From: Octopus vulgaris
Taxonomy: Eukaryota
Length of the DNA: 64,000 nt
Direction of reading: 5' to 3'
Assembly (NCBI GenBank): GCA_951406725.2
Contig: OX597842.1
Location: 15,810,001 to 15,874,000, forward strand
The notes below the pieces were generated by a model, which had not been told where the DNA came from, searched no databases, and saw nothing but the letters and a program-made list of their open reading frames with translations. Numbering within the stretch: the first letter of the stretch is position 1; the number at the start of each line of letters is the position of its first letter. Of the stretch, positions 40,136 to 52,600 are shown piece by piece. A program made the position numbers and the translations under genes.

Positions 40136-43100
40136 GTGTGTGTGTGTGTGTATATGTGTGTGTGTGAATTTGTGTATTTGTGAGTCTTTGTGGGAGTGTG
40201 TGAGAGAGACAGACAGACAGACAAGCTTTGCGTGTCACGTATCAATTCTCCCCTATCAACCCCATCCTCCATTACCATTCCGGGATCTAGTCTCCCCTTG
40301 TGACCCGAGTGATATTATGTAACAAACAATATTCCATCTCCTTTCACTCTCAAAGATGTCATCTCACCACGGTCGAGAGGTGACCCTTCTCAGTTGTTGG
40401 ACATATAAACACAGCCATCACAATGTGACGGAGAAGTGGACTATTTAATAGAGGAGATATTATTCTCAATTAACAATGATGCAGGATAGAAGAGATGTCT
40501 GAGCTTTATAGTGCTGGTGCCATGGTAAATACAGCCAGTCCATTCTATGAAGTATTCTGAGTGAAACTGCTCTCTATCCTACTTCTTGTACACGACATGA
40601 ATCCACTGTCTTCTTGTGGACATATCATAAGAATGTTCAATGTTAGGACACTAGAGAATGAATACAATAAAGCATGGTCCTTAGTGAGATTTCATGTATT
40701 TAAGTTCTGTACTTAAGCACACACACACACACTCATGCACACAAACACACACTCACTCACACACACACACTCACACAGACAAACACACACAAGTAGAGAT
40801 TTTGAGTTTGAGTATATATCTTGTAAAATGCTGTTTAAAGCCCGTTTACTGTATTCGGCTATCTGATGTCATCAACAATATAGACTTCAATTCTACTGGA
40901 CTTTTTGCTGTCATCTCAAAAATGAAGCAGTTTTTTATAATTCTTATATTTTTCAAAATTAAGATAAACAAAGTACTTTTTTCTGTTAATCTAAAACATA
41001 TTCTCCTTCATTTTCTACAATGCTCTTCCATCTATCTGGTAGACTTGCAAGTCGCCTCTTCCAAAATTCACTTGTCCGTGATTAAAAATACTCCTCCATT
41101 ACTTTTCTGACTTGACACTAATTCCTGCTTCCTTTACTTTACCGTCATCATTCAAAGATGCTTCTTGCTTAATTATGGAAACATTATTGATATGTTTGGT
41201 CATGTCTGTGTGGTATTGACTTTGTTATGTTATAGGTGTTTTTGTTTCTGATATAACTTATGTTCTATCTTCTCATGTTGTGTTATATTTATATATACAA
41301 TACTCTTTCTTATGGCCACACGGTCGCCTTTATCAAGCCAATTATATAGATAGGTTCTTGTTGGTTTGTTCTTCTTATATTTGACTTTTCTATTGAATAT
41401 ATTGTGATATTTGTGATTGACAAGTAAATATTTACTCATTAATTATCAATAAGCTTGATGTTAATCAATACGGTTTGTCCTGCTCAATGTAATGACAATA
41501 TATTTAGAGGTTGTCTCAGTGTTGAAAATAAAGTAAAAACATAAAAATGGGAAATGGACTCAATTAAAGATTATGTAGGAACTCAATACTTTGTAATTGC
41601 TTTAATTAGTGGATAAACAACCTATGAGTAAATTTAGATGAACTTTTGTGTAATTAGGGGCATTTGTTTTGAATATTTGTGTAATATTTTTATCATTTTA
41701 TATTTCATTATTTGTAGTGCTTCACTGCCCTTAACCTGAAAATAGAGAAAAGGCTCTCTGGTATAGTGGTTGCAAGATATCTCGCCAGCCAGGGAGCTGA
41801 CTTTCACCATAAAAACAACAAAAATAACAGACCATTGGACCTCATTAAGGACCCAAATTTGAGAAAAAAATTAGAAACATTTTCACCATCACAGTAAGTA
41901 TTTCCTGGCAATGGAACGGATAAACGAGTACATTTCCTATTTTGTATATAATCATGTTTATATGTTTATTTCGTTTTAATTCTACCAATACATTATACTG
42001 TCGCTAGTGTCTTTGTCAAAGGCCACACAATAAACAATATGCAGTTGTTAGGAGATCAAAGAAAGAACACGATTTTGATTACATTCACATGATTCGTAGT
42101 GTTGACATTTATACTTCACTGTCCATCACCACCTACCCCTCTTCGTTCCCTATTTTAAAGATTTGTGATCAATAGGAAAATATAGATCTAAATAATGAAG
42201 TGAATGAATTCCATTTTGAAACTGTTACTTAGAATTAAGTGGAGTTTATCTGTCTACCAACATCTTTTTCTCACTCTTCTATGTCTGAATCAGTCACTAT
42301 TACGAATGATTTCATAGAAAAATAACCTACAAACACACACCAACAGTGTATATATTATATTTCTGCAAATACTGATGGAATATTGCCACATATCTTCATA
42401 GAAGAAAAAAAACTGCCTGGAAACGTAAATAATTCAAGTAACACATATACCATTACTAGGTGTTTTAGTCGCCTTTCACTCCCGTATTTTATAAGATTTG
42501 GCAATTTCTTTGCCATACATCTCTCTGTATTAGCTACTTAAGAAGCAGACACATTTCCCCCTCAGTGAATATACAAAACTTTCTTTGTCTGTTGAAATTC
42601 AAATATTACTTTTTACTTGTTTCAGTCATTTGACTGTGGCCATGCTGGAGCACTGCCTTTAGTCGAAAAAAACGGCCCCAGAACTTATTATTTGTAAGCC
42701 TAGTACTTATTTGCCGAAACGCTAGATTACGGGAATATAAACACACCAACATCGGTTGTGAAGCGATGGTGGAGGGACAAACACAGACAGACAAATACAC
42801 ACACAAACACACACACATATATATATATATATATATGTGCGACGGGCTTCTTTCAGTTTCCCTCTACCAAATCCACTCAAAAAGCTTTGGTCAGTCCGAA
42901 GCTATAGTAGAAGTCACGTGCCCAAAATGCCACTCAGTAGGACTGAACCCAGAACCATGTGGTTGGTAAGCAAGCTACTTACCACACATCTACTCCTGCG
43001 CCTATTGTTCATAGATATTGATTTTTGGATTGTATAAATATTGATCTGTTTTCTTCAATTGACAAGCTTCAGAAGATTTTATTTGCTTTTACAAATAATC

Positions 43101-43650
43101 GTTTATGTGAATGTTGTTATAATAATAATAATAATAATAATAAGAAGAAGAAGAAGAAGTCTACAGAGCGCAGCTGATGTTATTGGAAAGGGGCAAAATA
43201 AGGGACAGAAAACTAGAACTACATGCACGATACATATAATAAAGCCTCCCAAAATCATGGGGGGAAATATCTCATCAGCATTGCCCAAATGATGTTGGCA
43301 TCAGCTTTAAGATATACCCAAGGCCTGGGCCCCGTATTATCTGCCCACAACATAAATCAAACTCGCATCACATAACAACAATACGGCAAAATTATTTCCC
43401 CTCAAGTGGACCCACTCCATTTAGCATTACACCAAAATACATTAAAGCAGAAAAAGACCCCCATAAAGTTCAAGAAGTATTTGGAAAAATCCTTCAAGAA
43501 ATCCCGGATAAAACACCAACACCAGGATATGTCCCCGTAAACAGCAACTCTCTCCTCGAGTGGGTTATGTTGTCTGCATCCTGATTCGCCCGGTAGTGGG
43601 ATTACGTTAAACATGACCTGCGCTAATACTGGCCGAAACCTATCATGCAT

Positions 43651-43688
<38 letters not shown>

Positions 43689-46600
43689 ATCAAGTGATCA
43701 CGTGACCGACCAGTCCATCAGATGTAGTTACACATCGCTGGTCACAATGCATTCGCATTGTTTTAGCCTTCGAATGACGCCACCCCGCTGGCTAAGCGAG
43801 CAGGCCAACAGAAGAAAGAGTGGTGAAAGAGTACAGCAGGGATCACCACCCCCTGCTGGAGTCTCGTGAAGCTTTTAGATGTTTTCGCTCAATAAACACT
43901 CACAATCCCCAGTCTGGGAATCAAAACCGCGATCCTACAACCGCAAGTCTGCTGCCCTAACCACTGGGCCATTGCGCCTTCGCATATATATATATATATA
44001 TATATGATAGATATATCATCATCATCATCATCATCATCATCGTTTAACATCCGTTTTCCGTGCTAGCACGGGTTGGACAAAAATATATATAAGTAATATT
44101 CGTAGGCACGCCAACATGAATATCTGTTCGAATGGACTCTACTGTGAATGTTTAACCCCAAGAGAACAGCTCCTCTAGCTAATTAACGATGCAAAGGTGC
44201 ATTGCGAGCAGGGGATCAAACCCCTACCATCTTATAGCAACAGGACCAGCAGACCAGGTCTGGTTTCGGGGTATTCCTGCCACTCTTCAGTACTGGACAC
44301 CTCATCTGCTAATCTGTGGAGACGGGATGTATATAATAAAGTGTATATAATAAAGTATGTGTCTATAAAGAAACCTGTGTAGATATATTTGTTCAGAAGA
44401 AATGAGTTCGATGTTAGAAGTGAAATATATTTCTGGAATATATGCAGTTCACTGTGTGTCAACCAATTTCTATGATGTATCAGGGTCAAGACAAACATTT
44501 ATCAATGTATGTATGCATGTGTGTGTATGTATGTATGTGTGTGTGTGTGTGTGAGCATGCCATTTAACTACACAAATATCTGTATGTATGTAATTGTTTA
44601 AAGAAGAGTTTCTGCTCTACTCTTGGTAGTTACTGATGTATCTTATAATATTCTCTATTCCGAACATGTAAATAATGTAATATTTGTTATAAATGAATGT
44701 TATTGATTGGATGTTTCTGTTTTGTCCACAGATGTTTGCTGTGCAGAAATAAAACGGCCACAACAAAAGCCCATCCATGTGGACACCTTGTAATATGTAA
44801 GGGATGTTCAAACGTTCCACTTCAACAATGTCTGAAGTGTTTAAAACCTGTAATAACAAGCAGAGGTCGAGTTGGTAAGAATATTCTTTGCTGATCTGTC
44901 TGTTTGTCCTCATTGTCCCACTGCCCTTATTGTGTAGAATAATATACTTCATGTTGTTATGTAGGCAGAGGTCTGCCATAATCTGGCAGATTTATGATGA
45001 AAGGTGTTCCTAGTGTCTGTTCTCCGTAATAGTATATCTCTCACACTACATACACTAAACATTGACCTTATCCAAGTAGGAAACATGTCACACTTCAAGA
45101 GGGTTGTAGTCTGCAACATAAAGATAATGGAGGATTCTGCAAGATAATTAGTGAGTAACTGAAGTATCAATAAATCCCCATCAACACTATAATTAATTGA
45201 GTTGTTAGAAGATAAGTAAATACAACAGTACTTACAAGAACATCAGTGTCATCTTTGGTAAAGTATTAAATTCAGTAGAATATTTTAAAGGAGTAAAATT
45301 AGATGTCACTAGTTTGAGAGACTTTAACACACAATTCCATGTTGTTATGTTTGTAATTGGAGGATATTAAGGCTAATAGAGACAGTTTTGTTTCTCAAGC
45401 AACCAGATCATGAAACCTTCAAATATATCCTGAATGAGATGACATTCTGGTGAACTGTGAAGTTAAAATTAGGAATTATCAGCAACAATGTTTAACAAAG
45501 AGATTAGGTGTATGTTTCTCCTTCTTGAAGTGGTTGTGACATGTGTTTGTTGTTATATCTTTGATAAATAAATTTGTTGACACTGGAATTAAACAGGTTG
45601 TTAGTGAAGATTAGAGTTTTGAGAATACATTTAGGGTTATAGATATAAGCAAGGAAACCAAAACCTACAGATTAACTGTTATTAAGTGATATAATTACAG
45701 CATTGTTAGATTATGTAGGATATCTTAACAGAGAGGGGAAATTTACAAAGATCAACTAGAGTTCGTTTTGGAGCTAAATATTGGCTATTACATGGGTCCA
45801 CTGTTGAAAGTATAAAAATATTGACCAAAACAATTATGATCGCTGGTTGGCCATTGATGATATGAATGTCTCTCAATAATGAAATATAGATTATTAATAA
45901 ATATAAAGAAATTGTGCTATAAATAAATATAAAACTTGGAAATACATATTTCAGAGAGTCCAAAGTTTGAAGAGAAGGGAGTGCAGACTGTGGCAGAGAC
46001 AGTTGATGAGTTTAAAATAAGAACACTTAATTAATTTCTATAGATTTTACATTCACCTCAGCTATTTTGCTTATTAGAATGGTCGAGAACAAATCCCATC
46101 TCTAATTTCCATTTGAAAGGTTAGCTCTAAAGTAATTGTATTAAAAATATTACCGAAATTTCATAAAGTCGGGGTTAACATGTTTGGTAAAATGGATAAA
46201 TTAAAACCCACAATAGAGTTAATATTGTCTTCTGGAAGAGGGAACTATAATTTATTATTTTTTTTAGGTGTAAACTCGTGAGTTAAGATAGTTGTTTGTT
46301 TTTCTACTAAGATCTTTCGTAAGTTTTCTGATAGGTTATTCTTGATGTTGTTATGTAGCCAGATGTCTGTCGTAATATGTTGTATTTTCTGGGGCTGTGT
46401 ACCCTGAATGTCTCTGAATTCTAATTAAATATTAACTCTGTATAAGAATATTCATCATGAACTTAATTTTATTAAATGTTAAATTTGGTATTGAACCGTG
46501 AACATCTGTTTGCATTTAAACAAATTATTGGTGTTTATACAAAATATACAAACGGAAATTGAATATAACTTGAATACACAAATCCTTGTTTGTAACTATA

Positions 46601-49600
46601 TATAATATACACTTATTACATTGTTTGAACAACATTTACCATCCATATAGTCATTCTTTTTCTCACACTTGTTAGATTTTAGATGATATTAATGCTAAAA
46701 GAGGCACAGTTTTCTGAGTGTTTCACCCTTTGGTCTTGATTGTTGCGTTCAAATTATTTAATGAAAGATAGTCATTGTTATTTGACCAGGAAATAAATTA
46801 TTCATTAGTATTTGGCAGTGGACTTGGTTATATCTTTCTTCGTTTGCTCATGGAACTACCATAATATTAGCTGTGCTGAGACACAGTCATATTCATAGTA
46901 ATGAAGGCTATATGTTCTTTACTCAGATTATATACAATCTATATTGATATCTAGTATTGCACCGTCAAGCACAGTGCCATTGTATCACATATATACCCAA
47001 TTATCATGATAATTAATAAGCTATAATTCATTAACTCTCTTACATTTGTATGTATGAATTGTAAACTGATTTTGTCATAGGAACATTGTATACCACATTA
47101 CATTTTATATCTTGTTAGGGATCATGTTGGGGAAGGGTGTATGGAATTTGGCTTGTGGAGATGATTTTTAAGGGGCAGATTGTGTGCGGGGTGGAGGGTA
47201 TGCACATAAAGGACATGTCTTTATGGGCTCAGTTTTACTTAATTAGAGAGGAATGTTGATTAGTGAATTCTAGAGATGAGAGGACAGTGCCATGCCATAG
47301 ATTTGGCACAGTTATAAGAAAAGAAAAACAAAGCTAAGAGAAAACTGTTATCAAGTGTTAATTAAATGAGATAATTGGTACATTGTTAGAATATTTAATG
47401 TCTTCTTAGAGAGAGAGAGAGAGAGAGGGTGGATTTAGAAATGTTAGTCTGTTTTATTGTGGACATATTGGGCTATTACATGGGACCACTGTAGAAAGCA
47501 CAGAAATATTGACCAAAACCATAATGGTCAACAATTGACCAGTAACGGCAGGAATTGAATGTCTCACAATAACAAGATAGAGTTTAATAAAAATAAAGAT
47601 GAAGAAAGTTTATTATTAAATGTAAAACTTGGAAATATTTATTTCAGGGGCTCCAAAGTTTGAGGACAGGTGTGTACAAACGGAGGCTACATGTCAGGAA
47701 TTAGGGGCTGCATCTCAAGCAATAGGTGAGTATGAAATAATAGTTTCCAATTGATTTCTGTAAGGTTTTCTTCCCCCGAGTATATTGTGCTTGAAAGAAT
47801 AACTGAAAAAAGCTTCCATTCCTCTTTTCCAATTGAACGATTATCCGTATAATAATTGAATTAAAGATATCGATTTACTGAGAGTTTATGAAATTCCCAT
47901 TGAGGTTAATGCTGTTGGTAATAATGTTCAAATTAGAAGACACAATAGAGTTAATATTGTCATTTGGTGACGGAACGCATCATCATCATCATAATCATCA
48001 TCATCGTTTAACGTCCGTCTTCATAGTAGCATGGGTCGGACGAATTCAATGGCAAGGCAGTAGGCTGCGCCAGGCTCCAATGTGATATTGCAAGGTTTCC
48101 ACATATGTATGCCATTCCTAACGCCAACCACTCCGAGAGTGTGGTGGGTGCCTTTTACGTGCCACCGACACAGGAGCCAGTTGAAGTGGGGGCTGGTATT
48201 GACCACGTTCGGATGGTGCTTTTTACGTGCCAACGGAACAGGGAACCAGTCAGGCGGCACTGGCCACAAACAACGTTTGAATGTTACTTATTACGTGCCA
48301 CCGGCACGGTTGCCAGCGAGGCGGCACTGGCATCGGCCATAATTACAATTTCCATTTTGATTTCGATCTTGATTTGATTTTGATTTGTGATTTCTGGTTT
48401 TTGGTTTTACTTGACTCAGAAATTCTTCTCAAGCGCAACTTATCACTCTGTGATTCAAGGGTACTTTTAAAAGGGGCTGGTTATGCGACACTGGTATAGG
48501 CTACAGCTTTGATCTCACTTCACTTGCCGGGTCTTCTCAATCACATCATATTTACAGAGGTCTCTGTCTCTTGCCATTACCTCTGTGAGGCCCAACGTTC
48601 GAAGGTCGTTTCACCACGTCATCCCCTGTCTTCCTGGGTCACCCCTTTCCACGGATTCCTTCCACTGTGAGGGTGTAACACTTCTTTCCACAGCTCTCCT
48701 CATCCATACACATGACCATACCAGTGCAGTTGTCTCTCTTGCACACCACATCTGATGCTTCTTATGTCTAACACTTCTCTCAGGCCTCTTCACTCTGCAT
48801 TGTGTGCACACTGACATCGTTGGGTTCAAATTATTTAATAGAATATGGTCATTGTTATTTGACCAGGAAATGAATTAATCGTTAGTATTTGGCAGTGGAC
48901 TTGGTTATATCTTTCTTCGTTTGCTCATGGAACTACCATAATATTAGCTGTGCTGAGACACAATCATATTCATTGTAATGAAGGTTATACGTTCTTTACT
49001 CAGATTATATACAATCTATATTGATATCTGGTATTGCACCGTCAAGCACAGTGCCATTGTATCACATATATACCCAATTATCATGATAATTAATAAGCTA
49101 TAATTCATTAACTCTCTTACATTTGTATGTCTGAAATGTAAACTTATTTTGTCATAGGAACATCCTGTACCCTCACTTAACATTTTACACCTTGTTAGGG
49201 ATCATGGTGGGGAAAGAGTGTATGGTTTCAAGGTTGTTGGGGATGTTTTTTCGGGGACAGATTGTGTTCAGGGTGGAAGGTATGCACAGAAAGGACATGC
49301 CATGATGGCCTCGATGTTACTTAGCCAGTTGGGTCTTTTCAAGCACAGAAAATTGCTGATTGTCTCAGTCGTTTTTGTTATCTTCCCGTGCGAAGCTCAG
49401 CATCTGAACATCATTTCTCACCACTTTGTCCCATGTCTTCCTCAGTCTTCCTCGTCCTCAGATTCTCTCCACATTTAGAGATCCGCATCTCTTTATGCTG
49501 ATCACCTCATCCATATGCATCACATAACCATACTATGAAAGATCTCTCTTTTGAACTCTACATCGGATGACTCTTATACCCAGAATTTCTCTTAAGACAT

Positions 49601-52600
49601 TTCCACTGTGACTTACCTGAACACTGATGTTGTACATCCAGTGGAGCATGCTGGCTTCATTTGTCTCCGACCCTTTGCATGTCTTCTATCTTCACAGCCT
49701 ATCTTTCATTATTGTGTTGTACATCTGTCCGTACACAGGTCTCATACAATTTGCTTTCCACTCTTAGGGAGAAGCCCTTCATTACCTACAGAGTGGGGGC
49801 ATTTGGGACAGTTAATCTTGACTATTGGTTATAGGAATATTTCACAATTATAAAATATCGATGTTCATTAAAGAAATTTTACTATAAAGTATAATCTTAG
49901 AAATATTTATTTCAGCAAGGCCAATATTTGAAGACAAAGTGGTCCAGACAGTGGAAGAGCCACGTGGTGAGTATAGAATGACATTACATAATTGATTTCT
50001 ATAAATTTTAGCATTTACTGAGCTATTTTGGTCAATAGAATGACCGAGAACAGGTTCCACTGCTACATTTCATTTGAATGCTTAGCTATAAAGAAATTCT
50101 GTTCTTCTACAACAACATGAATATCCAATAAATGTACTTTATGCAAACATCTGTTACTCATTCACTCGCAGAAAGAAAGATACAAAAATTGAATATAAAC
50201 CCTGAAACCGTTCTCTCCCGTTAAGGAGAATATTCGCCCTGTTTGTCATCTCATTGTACTCATTCATTCTCTCTCTCTCACTCATGCTCTTTCTCTCCGT
50301 CTTTTCAAGAAAGATGCTGGTTAATAGTTTCAATACAATAAATGATATCATCCTCATCCTTTCTCATCTGCTCTCCATGCTCCCATACACTAGGTGGGTC
50401 ATCACTGTCCAAGTCAGTTGTATCTGAAATTACTGCCAACCGTCATTTGTTGAGGAAAACATCTCACTTAAACATTGCAGCTTTTCTAAGGTGGTAGACC
50501 CTTTCTAACCCCAACCACTTTATAAAGGGTCCTGGGTATATTTTATTGTCGTACAAGCATTAGAAATGATCATCAATTTCCCAACAATATGAAACGTTCC
50601 TTTCAAACTTGTGGTGTCATCTTTCCTAGTTTCCACCAACCACTTCCTAGTGTGTTCTGGGAGCATTTAATTATAGCACAAGTAGTAATGAAGTTGTGTT
50701 ACATTCTATATAATTAGACGGTCCTCACTATTCTATGATGTTTTGGTTCACTGAAGCTGATGACATTTTCAGGAGGTGAGAAGGGAATGTGATGACAAAA
50801 GAAGCAGGATGCGGGGAGAGAAATTTGCAATACCCCCTCTCTCGGCTGTGGGGTCTTTGTCTTACATGTCTTTTGGCTAAATATGCCAGTACTTGTGCTT
50901 TATAAAAAGGGGCCACGTACACTCTGTGAAGTGGTTGGCATCAATAAGAGCATCCTAACGTAGAAAACCATGCCAAAGAAACCATCTGGGGCCTGGTGCA
51001 GTTGTCTGGCTTGTCAGATCCTGTCAAGATTTCCAACCCATTCCAGCATGGAAAACAAACTTTGAATGTTGATGATGATGATGATGCTGTCTTCCAGTAA
51101 CTCATCATAATTCTTTGTCTTCGATTGTTACAGTAGTTTCCTGTCTGGTATAACATATTAGCTCAGTATAATAATATTGATTGAGAAAACCGGTTCAGTG
51201 ATTTTGATAACATTCATATTGAACAGAGAACATATGTTCACATTTGAACAAAACATTGATGCTAGCATATGCAATACATGGAAAGGAATGAACGTATGAG
51301 ATTCCAGTGTGACTTGAACTTACAACTCTTTTCTAACTATATATATATAATTATCGCTTGTTACAATGTTTGTATAACGTTTACTGTCCATATATAGACA
51401 TCGTTATACTGAAAATTGTTGGCTTTGAGATGGTTTCCATTGTAAGAGAGTCACTGTTTTCAGTCTTCCACATTTTGGTTTTACTTCCGACTTGATTGTT
51501 ATGTTGAAATTAGATCATGGAACCTGGTCATTGTTATTTGACCAAGAAAAGAATTCATCATTAGTATTCAGTACTGGAAATGGTTACATTTTTCTATGGT
51601 TTCTCATGGAACTACCATAATATCAACTGTGCTGAGACACAACCATATTAATTGTAACAAATGTCACATGTTCTTCACACAGATTTTATACAATCTATAT
51701 TGATAGTTAGTGTTTATACGCTGCATTAACATGATAATTAATCAGCTATCATTCATTAACTCTCTTAAACTTGTCTGTCTGAAAGTTTCATAGCATTATC
51801 TTGTACCCTCATCTAATATTTTACACCTTATTACCCTCAAAGTAAACATAACTTTTACATGGGTACACAACCACATCCCTACGAACTAGTTTTACAGCTG
51901 TATGCCCTTCCCACAATAATAAAGTGTTGATTATCAATAACTATAATGAAATTATACTATAAAACGTAAAGCTTGAAAATATTCATTTCAAAGACTCCAA
52001 CGTCTGTGAAGGATGCCTTAACAACATCACAGCCAGTTGGTGAGTAGCAAATAACAGTACCTCATGGATTTCTATAAATTTAACCTTCACCTGAGTATTT
52101 GTAGTTTATCAGAATGACTGAGGACAAGATTCATTCCTAATTTACATCTGAAATATTAGCTGTATAATAATTCTATTAGACATTTTGATATCAATGGAAT
52201 TTCACAAAATATCCAACGGGGTTGGCATGGTTCGGAAAATGGATAATTTAGAAGACAATAGAATTAATACTGTATCTTAAAACGGAAGACTAAAATATGT
52301 AGTTACTAAGTTTACTGATAGGTTATTGCTGTTGTTGCTATTTAAGCAAATATCTCTCATAATGTGACAGATTTACAATGAAATGTGTTCCTTATGCGAA
52401 CACCCTGCCTTTTTGTTTTCACTGATAATAAATTTATCATTACATCCCCTAAACATTGTCTTTATCCATGTAAAAGTATTAGGTTTGATGTTGAGACAAC
52501 CGTCCTCTCTCTCTCTCTCCAAGATAGACACTGATGACCCTCATCATTTATCATCTGATGTCTATGCTCCGATCGATTGGATGGATGATTCCTATCCATG

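Noticed and set aside
44732-44874. Naming gene B as MIB1/MIB2 or an IAP
   Set aside because: No MIB-HERC2, ZZ or BIR domain is visible; only the RING type is similar, so no gene symbol was assigned.
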